From: Anaeromyxobacter sp.
Lineage (GTDB): Bacteria; Myxococcota; Myxococcia; Myxococcales; Anaeromyxobacteraceae
Direction of reading: 5' to 3'
NCBI GenBank assembly: GCA_049840735.1
Contig: JASGJN010000021.1
Span: forward strand, 128,001 to 192,000
DNA length: 64,000 bases
Part shown: positions 36,000 to 48,983 of the stretch, piece after piece
Numbering within the stretch: position 1 is the stretch's first letter
Layout: each line of letters starts with the position of its first letter
Notes under the pieces: generated by a model
Databases searched by the model: none
The model's input: only the letters and a program-made list of their open reading frames with translations
Told to the model about the DNA's origin: nothing
Translations under genes and position numbers: made by a program

Positions 36000-37260
36000 G
36001 TGGGCATGGCCTCGCTGCTCTTGCTGGAGCCGGTGGGCGGGATCGCCGGCGACATGTTCCTGGCCGCCGCGCTCGACCTGGGCGTGGACCGCGCGTCGCT
36101 GGAGGCGGCGCTGCGCACGCTGCCGGTGGGCGGCTTCCGGCTGGAGGTCCGGCGCAAGGGCGAGCACGGCATCCTGGGCACGCACCTGGACGTCGTGGCG
36201 GAGGGCGAGCCGCCGTCCGAGCGCCGGCTGCCCGAGATCCTCGCGCTCATCGAGCGGAGCGGCTTCTCCCCGCGCGCCCGCGACGCGGCGCGGCGGCTCT
36301 TCGAGCGGCTGGGGCGGGCCGAGGCCCACGTGCACGGGCTGTCGCTGGAGGAGGTGCACTTCCACGAGGTGGGCGCGGTGGACTCCATCGTGGACCTGTG
36401 CGGCGCGGCGGTGGCGCTCGACCTCCTGGGCTGGCCGCGGGTGATCTGCGCGCCGCCGGAGCTGGGGCGCGGGCTGGTGAAGACCGCCCACGGGATGCTG
36501 CCGGTGCCGCCGCCGGCGGTGCTGCAGCTCCTGGCCGGCAAGCCGGTGCGCCCGGGCGGCCCGCCCGGCGAGGCGGTCACGCCCACCGGCGCGGCCATCC
36601 TGGCCGAGCTGTGCGAGGTGGGGCCGCTGCCCCCGGTGGTGCCGGGGAGGATCGGCTACGGCGTTGGCACGCGCAGCTGGCCGGACCGGCCCAACGTGCT
36701 GCGGGCCATCCTGGGCGAACCGGTCGCTTCACAGTCCTTCGACTCCGCTCGCCCTGAGCGTACGGCCGCGGAGCGGCCCGAAGTCGAAGGGCTCAGGACG
36801 AACGGGGGGGGGCGAAGACCCGGAGTCGCTGTGGGTCCTCGAGACCAACCTGGACGACTGCCCCGGCCAGCTGGTGGCCCGGGCCATCGAGGCGGCGCTG
36901 GAGGCGGGGGCCCTGGACGCCTGGGCGGCCCCGCTGACCATGAAGAAGGGGCGGCCGGGGGTGCTGCTGGGGGCGCTCTGCACAGAGGCCTGCCGGGCGG
37001 GCGTGACGGGCGTCCTGCTGGCCGAGACCACCACGCTGGGGGTCCGGCGCCACCGGGTCGAGCGGGAGGCCCTGGAGCGGCGCCTGGACAGCGTGGAGAC
37101 GCCCTACGGCACGGTCCGGGTGAAGGTGGCCCTCTCCGGCGGCCGGGCCCTGGGCGCCCACCCCGAGTACGAGGACTGCCTGGCGCGGGCCCGGGCGGCC
37201 GGCGTGCCGGTCCGCGAGGTCATGGCGGCGGCCCTGGCGGCTCACCGTCAGTTGACCTGA
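36000..37260 (+). CDS. larC: Nickel insertase LarC, with internal REP and frameshift at G9 tract 36804-36812
   Basis: [26 protein letters not shown], then [27 protein letters not shown] in +1 frame. Confidence 0.9.
36736..36806. repeat. Nested REP-like hairpin inside larC coding sequence
   Basis: CCTTCGACTCCG..CCCTGAGCGTA..AGTCGAAGGGCTCAGGACGAACGGG. Confidence 0.88.
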
Positions 37261-37332
37261 CGGCGCGCCTCATCGCCGCACCCCCGGGGAATCCTTCCTC
37301 GGTGCTAACACGCCCGGTGCTAGAGTTTCCCC

Positions 37333-38940
37333 GTGCCCGGGAAGCTGCGTCGCAAGCCCCGCCCCACCGTCACGCGCCCCACGCTGCGGGCCGTCGACGC
37401 GCTCCTGACGCTCTCGCGCGAGCTGGCCGCCGCCCGCACCGAGGACGAGAATCACCGGCGCGCTGGCCAAGGCGCTGGACGCGCTCTTCCCGCGCCGGCT
37501 CTTCGCCATCCGGCTGCTCGACCCGCGCACGCTGGCGCTGCGCAACCTCCACGCCCGCGGCACGCTCCGGCCCGGCGCGCGCGACCGGCTGGTGCTGCGC
37601 CACCGGGCCGTGCACCGCACCGGCCTCTCGCCCGAGGTGCTGCAGGCGGGCGGCATCGTGCTGTCCGACCTGGACGAGCCGCTGTTCGAGGGCTGCAATC
37701 GCGCCGCCGCCATCCCGCTGGCCGCCTCCGGCCAGCTCTTCGGCGTGGTGAACCTCGAGTACCCGGCGGGCGCCCCGGGCGATCCGCACGCCGACGCGCA
37801 GCTGCTCAAGCAGCTCGCGAACCACGCCGCCCTGGGCGTGCGCAACCTGCGCTCCATCGAGGAGCTCACCTTCCTCAAGACCTACCTCGAGGACCTGATC
37901 CAGCACGCCAACGCGCTCATCCTGGCGGTGAACCGCCGGGGCGAGGTGATGGTCTGGAACGGCGAGCTGGCCTCGCTGACCGGCGTGGACCGGGTCGAGG
38001 CGTTGGGGCGGCCGCTCATCGACCGCGTGGCGCCGGAGGACCGCGAGACGCTGCAGGCCGCGCTGGAGGCCACGCTGGCCGGCGACGCGCTGGACGGCCT
38101 GCCGCTGCGGCTGCAGCGCGCCAAGGGCGGCGACGCGCCGGTGGTGATCGACACCGCGCCATCCACGGCGCCGAGGCGGTGGAGGGCGTGCTGGCCATCG
38201 GCCAGGACCTGGGCCCGCTCCGCTCCGCGCAGGCCGCCGCCGAGCACGCCGAGCGGCTGGCCGGCATCGGCCGGCTGGTGGCGGGCGTGGTGCACGAGCT
38301 CAACAACCCGCTCACCGCCGTCACCATGTACGCCGAGGCGCTGATCGAGAAGCACGCCATCCGCGGCGGTGACGCCGCCGACGTCGAGAAGCTGCGCGCC
38401 ATCCTCGACGGCGGCCAGCGCATCCAGCGCCTGGCGCGCGACCTCGTCACCTACGCGCGCCCGACCGGCTCGACCATCGAGCCCGTGGACCTGTCCGGCG
38501 TGGTGGACGAGGGGCTGCGGCTGGCCAAGCAGGCGCTCAAGGAGGCCGGCGCGGTGGTGCTGCGCGAGCCGGGCGAAGCGCCGGTGGTGAACGGCAACCG
38601 GCCCAGCCTGGTGCAGGTGGTGCTGGCGCTGGTCACCAACGCGGCGCAGGCGGTGGCGTCGGGTGGGCAGGTGCGGGTGAGGCTCGACGGCGCCGACGAG
38701 CTGGCCATGCTCACCGTGACCGACGACGGCGCGGGCATGAGCGACGAGGTCCGCCGCCGCGCCTTCGAGCCCTTCTTCTCCACCAAGACCGCGGTCGGCA
38801 TCGGCCTCGGCCTCCCCATCGTCCAGGAGATCGTGGAGCGCCACGGCGGGACCGTGTCGCTCGCCTCCGAGGAGGGCAAGGGGACGGTGGTGGTGGTGGC
38901 GATCCCGGTCCACGGGACCGGGGCGTACCCGCGGCGCTGA
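37333..38940 (+). CDS. GAF-PAS histidine kinase (compensating frameshifts at ~37450 and ~38160)
   Basis: GAF ([14 protein letters not shown]) and PAS in +1 frame; [22 protein letters not shown]. Confidence 0.85.
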   Translation: MPGKLRRKPRPTVTRPTLRAVDALLTLSRELAAARTEDENHRRAGQGAGRALPAPALRHPAARPAHAGAAQPPRPRHAPARRARPAGAAPPGRAPHRPLARGAAGGRHRAVRPGRAAVRGLQSRRRHPAGRLRPALRRGEPRVPGGRPGRSARRRAAAQAAREPRRPGRAQPALHRGAHLPQDLPRGPDPARQRAHPGGEPPGRGDGLERRAGLADRRGPGRGVGAAAHRPRGAGGPRDAAGRAGGHAGRRRAGRPAAAAAARQGRRRAGGDRHRAIHGAEAVEGVLAIGQDLGPLRSAQAAAEHAERLAGIGRLVAGVVHELNNPLTAVTMYAEALIEKHAIRGGDAADVEKLRAILDGGQRIQRLARDLVTYARPTGSTIEPVDLSGVVDEGLRLAKQALKEAGAVVLREPGEAPVVNGNRPSLVQVVLALVTNAAQAVASGGQVRVRLDGADELAMLTVTDDGAGMSDEVRRRAFEPFFSTKTAVGIGLGLPIVQEIVERHGGTVSLASEEGKGTVVVVAIPVHGTGAYPRR

Positions 38941-38955
38941 CGCTGCCCTCCGCCT

Positions 38956-39049
38956 GCCCTGGGCCTGTCGAAGGGCTCAGGCGAACGGGTGTTCCAGCTC
39001 GGTTCGGGCTGAGCGGAGCGAGCCCGCAGGGCTCGCGGAGTCGAAGCCC
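38956..39049. repeat. REP-like hairpins between convergent genes
   Basis: GCCCTGGGCCTGTCGAAGGGC and GGGCTGAGCGGAG...CGGAGTCGAAGCCC. Confidence 0.8.
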
Positions 39050-39053
39050 AGGT

Positions 39054-40733
39054 CTACGTCGCCAGCGCCAGCACCGCGTAGCCCCTGAAGCTGGGCAGCA
39101 CCGTCGAGAGCGAGTAGCCCGACGGGTTCATGGCGATCTTCACGTCGGTGCCGTCGGAGGAGACGAAGCGGCCGCGGCGCACGCCGCCCGCCACGTGCTC
39201 GCCCAGGAACAGCGTCACGCCCTGCACCCGGTCCGCGCCCAGCGAGACCAGGTGCACGTCCACCGCCTCGCCGGACCGCTGCAGCACCACCAGCAGCGGG
39301 TGGCGCCCGGCCACGCCCGCCGCGCGGCGCCCGCGCCCCAGCAGCACCACCAGCGCCTTCTCCAGCGTGGCCGGCAAGAGCGGCTCGGCGCTGCCCTTCT
39401 CCGGTGCCAGCGGCGGCAGCTCGGCCACCGTGCCGGCGCCGACCTTCACGCCGCCGGGCTTGCCGCCCGGGAGCAGCGGCCCGGCCGGCCGGCCCTGCTC
39501 GTCCACCGTGCCCGCCTCGCCGAAGGCCAGCACCGCGGCGCCCGCCTCCAGCCGCCGCTTCACCTCCTTGCCCTCGTGCGCCGAGAGCGCGGTGGCGTCG
39601 GCCAGCACCAGCGCCGCGCCCGGCGGCGCGTCGGCCACCCGCAGCACCACCGGCGCCTGCACGTGGACCGCGGCCAGCGCCTCGCCGGCGCGCTCGACCG
39701 CCAGCCGGTGGCGGCCGCTGCTCCACAGGTCGGCCTCGGCCGAGTACAGGATGCAGGCCTCGGCGATGGGCACGGCCTGGGCCGGCGGCCGGGCCGCCTG
39801 CAGGGCCAGCTGGCGGGAGAGCCGGCGGATGGCCGCCACCTCCTGCCCCGGCGGGCCGGCCGGCTCCAGGCCGGAGATGTCGATGCCGCACGTGGCGCCC
39901 ACCGCCGCCAGCCGGACCAGCGCCGCTGGCGGCGTGGGGGCCGGGCCGGTCGGGGCCGCGATGGCGGCGGGGCGGCGCCCCATCGCGGCGCGCAGCAGGC
40001 GCGCGTGGCCTATGCCCACCCCGCCCGCCAGCGGGCCCGGGAAGATGGCCGCGTCGAGCTGGCGGGCCGCGCGCAGCTGCGCCGGCCCCAGCGCCTCGAA
40101 CTGCGCGATGACCGCGAACGGCCGCTCGCGCGCGCGGGCCGCGTCGCGGGCGCCGCGGACGTAGGCGCGGACCGCCGAGTCCAGCGCGTCGTTGCGCCAG
40201 CGCCAGAACTCGCGGCCGAAGGGCAGCGCGTCGGCGCCCACCGCGCCGGCCGCCTGCGTCACCACCTCGCGGGCCAGGCGCGGGAAGTCGAGCGGCTCGA
40301 AGTGCTCGCCGTAGAGGCGCGTCAGGTGCGCGTTGAACGCGGCCTGGCAGGAGCTGCAGAAGCCGGCGCCCAGCAGCCCCAGCGCCAGCGACGCGTCCGG
40401 CCGGTCCAGGCAGACGCCGGCGAACCCCGCCTCCAGCGCCGCCGCCGCGGCCGCCGCCACCCGCGCCCGCTGGGCGTCGCCGACCAGGCAGGCGCGCGGC
40501 GGACCGGGGAGGCCCGCCGCGTAGCCGTCCCCGCCGCAGCAGGCGTCGGCCGGCGTGGCGGCGCGGCCCGCGGGCAGATTGGCCAGGGCGCGGTTGACCA
40601 GCGGCGCCGGGAGCGGCTCGGTGGCCACCGCCAGCGGCGGATCGGCGGCGAGCGCCTCCGCCGCGCGCGCCGAGGCCTCGGCGTGCGGGCCCGCCGCGAG
40701 GCGGTAGGGGGCGAAGGCGGCGTCGAGCGGCAT
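39054..40733 (-). CDS. Hypothetical protein, remote GH42/GHL-like glycoside-hydrolase architecture
   Basis: GFAGVCLD...GFCSSCQAAF...YG; ACILYS and LVLADATALS resemble beta-galactosidase trimerisation domain. Confidence 0.55.
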   Translation of the reverse strand: MPLDAAFAPYRLAAGPHAEASARAAEALAADPPLAVATEPLPAPLVNRALANLPAGRAATPADACCGGDGYAAGLPGPPRACLVGDAQRARVAAAAAAALEAGFAGVCLDRPDASLALGLLGAGFCSSCQAAFNAHLTRLYGEHFEPLDFPRLAREVVTQAAGAVGADALPFGREFWRWRNDALDSAVRAYVRGARDAARARERPFAVIAQFEALGPAQLRAARQLDAAIFPGPLAGGVGIGHARLLRAAMGRRPAAIAAPTGPAPTPPAALVRLAAVGATCGIDISGLEPAGPPGQEVAAIRRLSRQLALQAARPPAQAVPIAEACILYSAEADLWSSGRHRLAVERAGEALAAVHVQAPVVLRVADAPPGAALVLADATALSAHEGKEVKRRLEAGAAVLAFGEAGTVDEQGRPAGPLLPGGKPGGVKVGAGTVAELPPLAPEKGSAEPLLPATLEKALVVLLGRGRRAAGVAGRHPLLVVLQRSGEAVDVHLVSLGADRVQGVTLFLGEHVAGGVRRGRFVSSDGTDVKIAMNPSGYSLSTVLPSFRGYAVLALAT

Positions 40734-41046
40734 TCCTGGTGGGCCGAGCGGGTGCGGCCGGCGGGCCGCAGCGAACGAGGGTACGACGGAGGTCGCCCCC
40801 GGGCAATTGCCGGGCCGGGAGAGGGGGAGCACCATCCCTTGCGGCGCGGGGCCGCCCTCCGCCGATCGGAGGTGCCGCCGGGGCGGGGTGCGCCGGGACG
40901 TGTTGGCGCTCACGCACGCCGGGTGCGTGGAGGGCGCACCCCGTCGCGTTGACGCCCGTGAAAACCCCGTGATAGGGGATCACGACCGAGGACAAGCGCG
41001 CGTTCGTGGGACACCCGCGCCGGCCCACCTCTGGAGGATCAGGGAA

Positions 41047-41730
41047 ATGCTCGAGACGATCGCGACGATCGGGAAGCACTACTCCGATGGCGGCTGGATG
41101 ATGCACGCCATCTCGGCCGCCGCGGTCGCGACGCTGGTCCTGATCGTGGACCGCGTCATCGCGCTGTACTTCCAGTCGAACATCGACAAGGAAGGCTTCC
41201 TGCGCGGCCTGCGCGAGCACATCTACCGCGGCGACCTCGACCGGGCCATCAGCTTCTGCGCCCAGCAGAAGAAGGTGCCGCTGGTGTCGGTCATCAAGGC
41301 CGGCCTGATCAACGTCCCCAAGGGCGAGGCCGACGTCCAGGCCGCCATGGACGAGGCCACCCTGCGCGAGTCGCCCCGCATCGAGAAGCGGACCGGCTAC
41401 CTCGCCATGCTGGGCAACGTGGCCACCCTGCTCGGCCTCCTCGGCACCATCATCGGCCTGATCGGCGCGTTCGGCGCCGTCGCCAAGGCCAGCCCCTCCG
41501 AGAAGGCGGCCATCCTCTCCAGCTCCATCTCGGAGGCCATGAACTGCACCGCCTGGGGGCTCCTGACGGCCATCCCGGCGCTGGTGGCCTACTCCGTCCT
41601 GCAGGGCCGCTCGCAGCACATGATCGACGACATCAACGAGTCGTCGGTGTCGGTGCTGAACCTGATCGTCGCCAACCGCGACAAGATGAAGATGCCCGCC
41701 ACGCTGTCCGACGACCAGGCGGCTGGCTGA
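41047..41730 (+). CDS. aglR: TolQ/ExbB/MotA-type gliding motor subunit AglR
   Basis: FLRGLREHIYRGDLD, GYLAMLGN, GLLGT, ISEAMNCT, DINESSVSVLNLIV. Confidence 0.85.
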   Translation: MLETIATIGKHYSDGGWMMHAISAAAVATLVLIVDRVIALYFQSNIDKEGFLRGLREHIYRGDLDRAISFCAQQKKVPLVSVIKAGLINVPKGEADVQAAMDEATLRESPRIEKRTGYLAMLGNVATLLGLLGTIIGLIGAFGAVAKASPSEKAAILSSSISEAMNCTAWGLLTAIPALVAYSVLQGRSQHMIDDINESSVSVLNLIVANRDKMKMPATLSDDQAAG

Positions 41731-41765
41731 CCGTCCCACCCGCGGACCCCTGACAGGAGGACGAC

Positions 41766-42254
41766 ATGGGCGGCGGAGGGATGCCCGAGCAGGGCGGTGG
41801 AGGCGGCAAGAAGAAGCGCAAGTCGCTGGACGCGGTCATCAACGTCGTCCCGGCCATCGACCTCCTCTCCTGCTGCATCACCTTCCTGCTCTACACCGCG
41901 GTCTGGACCCAGATCTCGCGGCTGCAGGTGCAGCAGTTCGGCACCGGCGCGCCCGAGCCGACCGCGCAGGTGGAGCAGCAGAAGCAGCTCATCGTCACGC
42001 TCGCCGTGGGCGAGCGCGGCATGTTCCTCAGCACCACCGCCGGCCTGGCGGTCGAGATCCCCCTGCGCCCCGGCGACCGCAAGCAAGATCTCAAGGTGCT
42101 GGCGGAGAAGGTGAAGGCGCTGCGGGCCGACTACCCCGACGCCGCGTCGGTGACCGTCTCGGCCGAGGACGTGATCCCCTACGGCGACCTGGTGTCGGTG
42201 ATCGACACCTGCGTCGGCGAGGGGCTCGTCTCGGTGCTGGTCACCGGAGTCTAG
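41766..42254 (+). CDS. aglQ: TolR/ExbD-type gliding motor subunit AglQ
   Basis: INVVPAIDLL TM with conserved Asp; TAVWTQISRLQV. Confidence 0.8.
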   Translation: MGGGGMPEQGGGGGKKKRKSLDAVINVVPAIDLLSCCITFLLYTAVWTQISRLQVQQFGTGAPEPTAQVEQQKQLIVTLAVGERGMFLSTTAGLAVEIPLRPGDRKQDLKVLAEKVKALRADYPDAASVTVSAEDVIPYGDLVSVIDTCVGEGLVSVLVTGV

Positions 42255-42259
42255 CGACC

Positions 42260-42835
42260 ATGCCCATCGTCACCCCGGGCAAGCGCCCCGCCAAGCGCTT
42301 CGAGAACTCCAAGGTCCTGGGCGGGAAGATCTCCAAGGGGCGCAAGGCGACCAACGCCGAGCTCAACGTCGTCCCCATGGTGGACATGATGACGATGCTC
42401 GTCATCTTCCTCCTGCAGCAGTTCAGCGCCACCGGCGAGGTGCTGTTCATGCAGAAGGACATCAAGCTCCCCACCGCCCAGCACGGCCAGGTGATCGAGA
42501 CCGCGCCGGTGGTGGCCATCAGCGGCTCGGAGATCGCCGTCACCGGCGTGAAGGTGGCGGACATCGCCGACCTCGAGCGCGAGAACGGCTACCTCAACAT
42601 CCCCGGCCTCGAGGAGCAGCTCCGCGACCAGAAGAAGACCTGGGAGTTCCTGCACCAGCAGGACACCACGCGGAAGTGGGAAGGCAACGTGAACATCCAG
42701 GCGGACGAGAAGGTCCCGTTCCGCATCGTGAAGCGCGTGATGTACTCGTGCGGCGTCGCCGGGTACTTCAACGTGAACTTCGCGGCCCTGGACGGCGCGG
42801 CCAACACCGAAGAGGGCGGGCCGCCGAAGACGTAG
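42260..42835 (+). CDS. aglS: TolR/ExbD-type gliding motor subunit AglS
   Basis: PGKR, NVVPMVDMM, FSATGEVL, NIQADEKVPF. Confidence 0.8.
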   Translation: MPIVTPGKRPAKRFENSKVLGGKISKGRKATNAELNVVPMVDMMTMLVIFLLQQFSATGEVLFMQKDIKLPTAQHGQVIETAPVVAISGSEIAVTGVKVADIADLERENGYLNIPGLEEQLRDQKKTWEFLHQQDTTRKWEGNVNIQADEKVPFRIVKRVMYSCGVAGYFNVNFAALDGAANTEEGGPPKT

Positions 42836-42845
42836 CGCGCCCGGT

Positions 42846-43090
42846 CCCGTTCACCCTTCGACTCCGCGAGCCGGCCTGGAAACGGGCCGGCTCGCTACGT
42901 TGGGGGCGCCACCCGCGGCAGCCCGACCGCACCGCCGCGACTCCGCGCCCGCGGGGCGGGCGCTACGCTCAGGACGACCGGGAGGACCACCCGGGCCGGC
43001 CGTGGGCAATCCCGTTCGTCCTGAGCGTAGGGCCCGGGGCCGGACCACCGTCGCGGCACGCCCGGGCCCGGAGTCGAAGGATGAACGGGG
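42846..43090. repeat. Cluster of three REP-like hairpins
   Basis: Arms at ~42855-42900, ~42938-42982 and 43012-43090. Confidence 0.82.
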
Positions 43091-43357
43091 ACCATCCGGG
43101 TGTGCCTCCCCGCACAGGTCCCGACCGCCCGAGTGGGTGCAGGTCACGCCACTGACGGGTATCCCCTCGGAAACCTTACGACGCAGCGTGTCTTCGGCTA
43201 CCCGGCCCGTTACAAGCTGTCGCAGGCTCACTTGCCATCGCCTGCGGCAGAATGTACATAGACCTGCTCTCCGTCGGGCGCTGACGGCGCACATCGTCGC
43301 GCAAACTGGCGAGTTTCTTCACTTTCTTTGATTTGTCTCCGAGGGGGCCGTCCTTCC

Positions 43358-45781
<2,424 letters not shown>

Positions 45782-45782
45782 C

Positions 45783-46478
45783 ATGGCCGAGTGGGTCGCC
45801 CCGGCCGATCCGAGGGCCGCGCTGCGCCGGGCCTGCAGCGCGCTGAAGGTGTTCCCGCTCCACGGCGTGAGCGTGCTCCCCGGCACGCCCACGCCGTTCC
45901 ACATCTTCGAGCCGCGCTACCGCGCGCTGGTGCGCGACGCGCTCCGCGGCGACCGGATCCTGGCCGTGCCCGGGCTGGTCGCCGCGCAGGGCGCGCGCGA
46001 GCTGCGGCCGCCGGTGCACCCGGTCGCCGGCGCCTGCATCATCGAGCAGGAGGAGACGTACGAGGACGGCCGCTACGACGTGGTGGTCCGCGGCCTCGCG
46101 CGCGTGCGCCTGGTGGAGGAGCTCCCCGCGGGCGAGCGGATCTACCGCGAGTTCAGGGCCGAGCTGCTGGAGGACGTCTGGCCGGCCGCAGGCCCCGGCG
46201 CGCTGGAGCCGCAGCTCGAGTCGCTCCGGCAGCTGGTCTTCGAGCTGTCCACGCGGCTGCCCAGCGAGTCCGGCGCGCCCGCGCTGGCCGAGGCGGTGGC
46301 CCAGATGAAGGACCCATCCTCGATCGCCGACCTGGTGGCGGCCGCCGCCATCGCCGAGCCGCAGGCGCGCCAGGCCGTGCTGGAGGAGCTCGAGGTGGGC
46401 GCCCGGCTGGACCGCGTGGTCTCCGAGGTGGCCGGGGTGGTGCTGATGCTGTCGCGCGGGAAGAACCCGCAGGCGTGA
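45783..46478 (+). CDS. Lon substrate-binding (LON N) domain protein
   Basis: VFPLHGVSVLPG..HIFEPRYR, DGRYDVVVRG. Confidence 0.88.
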   Translation: MAEWVAPADPRAALRRACSALKVFPLHGVSVLPGTPTPFHIFEPRYRALVRDALRGDRILAVPGLVAAQGARELRPPVHPVAGACIIEQEETYEDGRYDVVVRGLARVRLVEELPAGERIYREFRAELLEDVWPAAGPGALEPQLESLRQLVFELSTRLPSESGAPALAEAVAQMKDPSSIADLVAAAAIAEPQARQAVLEELEVGARLDRVVSEVAGVVLMLSRGKNPQA

Positions 46479-46490
46479 GGTTCAGCGCCT

Positions 46491-46774
46491 GGGCTTCGAC
46501 TCCGCGGCCGCTTCGCGGCCGCTACGCTCAGCCCGAACGGTCAAGCGTGCCGCGCCGGCGAGCGGTCAGGCGTGCCGCGCCGGCGAGCGGCCAGGCGTGC
46601 CGTGCCGGGGAGCGGCCAGGCGTGCCGTGCCGGCGAGCGGTCAGGCGTGCCCGTGCCGGCGAGCGGCCAGGCGTGCCGTGCTGGCGAGCGGTCCCCTCCG
46701 TTCGTCCTGAGCGTAGGGCCCGGCGCGGCGCGCGCAGGCCGGGGCACCGGGCCCGAAGTCGAAGGATGAACGGG
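46491..46774. repeat. Two inverted REP-like hairpins (46491-46540, 46698-46774) enclosing six 25-bp tandem repeats (46545-46693)
   Basis: Unit GCGTGCCG(C/T)GCCGGCGAGCGG(T/C)CAG. Confidence 0.9.
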
Positions 46775-46803
46775 ACCGAGAGGTCGCCGATCCTGGCGCG
46801 CCC

Positions 46804-47058
46804 TCACCCCGCCCGCGAGCCCAGCCGCAGCGGCTCCAGCGTGGGCGAGGCCGCCGGCTCGAACCGCTCCGGCAGCGGATCCAGCACCACCGGGACCGGG
46901 TTGCTGGGATCGAGCGCGTCCATCCGGGCCAGCTGCCGATCGAGCTGGCGCTGGAGCGCCTTGCCGGATTGGATGAACAGCGCCACCAGGACCGTCCCCG
47001 CCAGCGACAGCAGGATCCAGGCGGCCAGGCCCCACAGGGCGATCTGCGTCCAACCCAT
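46804..47058 (-). CDS. Small hypothetical membrane protein
   Basis: MGWTQIALWGLAAWILL... single TM; GAGGAG upstream. Confidence 0.5.
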   Translation of the reverse strand: MGWTQIALWGLAAWILLSLAGTVLVALFIQSGKALQRQLDRQLARMDALDPSNPVPVVLDPLPERFEPAASPTLEPLRLGSRAG

Positions 47059-47278
47059 GCGGACAGCTCTCCTCACGCCCCCCGGCCCGGCCTGCCCCAG
47101 AGCACCGGACCCCACATCGCTATCACGCTACGTCCCAGTCGCGCATCGGCAACTTTCCCGTCAGCGAAATCCCATATCCGCCTGACAGGCACCGTTGTCA
47201 GGCCCCCGTTCGCGCAGTAAACACGAATTGGCAGGGTGCGCCCGCCCGCAAGCCCGTACAGGGGGCGAGGAGGCTGGT

Positions 47279-48865
47279 TCAGCGCAGCGGCACCGCCAGG
47301 CCCGTCGCCACGCGATAGACCGGTTCGCTGTCCAGGAAGTCGCGGTTGGCGCGGTAGCCGCCGGAGACCTCCCAGGACAGCTCCACGCGGCCCGCGTAGA
47401 TCACCTGACGCAGGCCGCCAGACATCTCGGCGTCGTGGTCCGTGCCGCGGTCCGTCCCGGCGATCGCGTTCCAGAAGTAGGCGTCGTTGCGCCGGACGCG
47501 CTCCACGAACCCGCCGAAGCGGCCGCCCTTGGACAGCACGTCCACCGCCAGCGTCTGCGAGTCCCCGCCGGATCCGAACCAGGCGCCCATCGGCTGCCCG
47601 CCGTGCGTGTAGGCGACGTTGTTGGCGTGCGTGTAGAAGTACACGGTGTAGGGCGCCGGCTCGGCCTCGCCGGTGCTGGCCAGCTCGGCCGTGAGCCGCA
47701 CCCAGCGCGGGCCGGCCACGAAGAGCTTCTGCAGGCCGATCATCCACGCGCCGGTGCGATCCGGCAGTCGCACGAAGGACGCGAATGAGGCGGCGTCGTC
47801 GCGGGCGAACTCCCCGTAGAGCTCCAGGCCGCTCTCCGGGAACACCCAGCGCAGCCAGGCGCTGGCGAGCTGGTTGTCGTCGGGCTGGTTCTCCGAGTTG
47901 CTCTGGGGCTTGAGGAAGGGGAGGAAGTGGGCGTCCTTCATGGCCTCCCAGGTCTGCACGTAGCTGCGGGAGAGGCCGATGGACAGCCCCGGGACCCAGC
48001 GCGGCCCGTAGACGACCGCCAGGCCGCTGCGCCAGCGCTGCGTCTCGGGGTGTGCGAAGTACCGGGACCGCGAGATCGCCCCCCAGAGCGCCTGCGCCTC
48101 GAGCGTGCCGATCCCGATGTCCACGGGCCTGGCCGTGCCGAGGTAGAGGTGCGGGAACCCCTCCGCGTTGTTGGAGAGCGTCAGGGAGGTCCGCACGCCG
48201 GGTCCCCACCAGCGGTTCTCCGTCGAGACGCCCAGCTGGACACCCCACGCCTCCACCTGCACGAAGCTCTGGCCGAGCGTCGCCCGCCCGAAGGGGCCCG
48301 CGCCGAAGCGCTGCGGCTGGTCGAACGCCTCGCCGTAGAAGGGGTTCTCGTGGGCGCGGTCACCGGGCTGCCCCGTGGAGACCGTCTGGAACCAGTCGTT
48401 CTGAGACCAGGTGATCTCCGGCGCCAGCTGGCCGGAGAGCACGCCCCACGAGCCGCGCAGCCCCGCGCGCGCCGCCGTCGAGAACCCTCGCCCTTCCCAG
48501 AGCAGGCCGTCATCGCCCGGGCCCCCGGGGGACTCGCCACGGAACACCCCGGTCAGCCGGACGGGAACCGGCGCCAGCGCCGCCCGCGGACCGGTCCGCT
48601 CGAAGCGGCCGGCCCAGGGGCCCAGGACCACCTCGGTGCAGGCCACGCGCTCGGTGGTCGCGCCGCGGCGCAGCGTTCCGGAGGAGGCGTCGCGGAGGGC
48701 GCCGCGAAGCTCCAGCAGCCGCTCCAGCTCGGCGGAGGGCGTGCCGAGCCCCTCGACCACCAGCGGCGCTGGCGTGCAGCCCGGCTCCTCCGCCCGCGCA
48801 GGCAGGGGGAGCGTTGCGACCAGGGCGGTCAGGGCCAGGGACAGGCGCCGCAGCGTTTGCTTCAT
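47279..48865 (-). CDS. Capsule assembly Wzi-family outer-membrane protein
   Basis: Signal peptide; ENRWWGPG, LSNNAEGFP, DNQLAS, YGEFARDD; beta-barrel pattern. Confidence 0.78.
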   Translation of the reverse strand: MKQTLRRLSLALTALVATLPLPARAEEPGCTPAPLVVEGLGTPSAELERLLELRGALRDASSGTLRRGATTERVACTEVVLGPWAGRFERTGPRAALAPVPVRLTGVFRGESPGGPGDDGLLWEGRGFSTAARAGLRGSWGVLSGQLAPEITWSQNDWFQTVSTGQPGDRAHENPFYGEAFDQPQRFGAGPFGRATLGQSFVQVEAWGVQLGVSTENRWWGPGVRTSLTLSNNAEGFPHLYLGTARPVDIGIGTLEAQALWGAISRSRYFAHPETQRWRSGLAVVYGPRWVPGLSIGLSRSYVQTWEAMKDAHFLPFLKPQSNSENQPDDNQLASAWLRWVFPESGLELYGEFARDDAASFASFVRLPDRTGAWMIGLQKLFVAGPRWVRLTAELASTGEAEPAPYTVYFYTHANNVAYTHGGQPMGAWFGSGGDSQTLAVDVLSKGGRFGGFVERVRRNDAYFWNAIAGTDRGTDHDAEMSGGLRQVIYAGRVELSWEVSGGYRANRDFLDSEPVYRVATGLAVPLR

Positions 48866-48983
48866 GGGGCCGGAACACTACCACGACCCAAACGTGTCCC
48901 CAGGGGTAGGTCCTCGCGCCGGTGAGCGCATGAAGGTGGGCCGGCTTGCCGGAGGGAAGGAACTGCGGTAGCGAGGCGGGACG

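Noticed and set aside
46545..46693. Mini-CRISPR
   Set aside because: Head-to-tail 25-mers with no spacers
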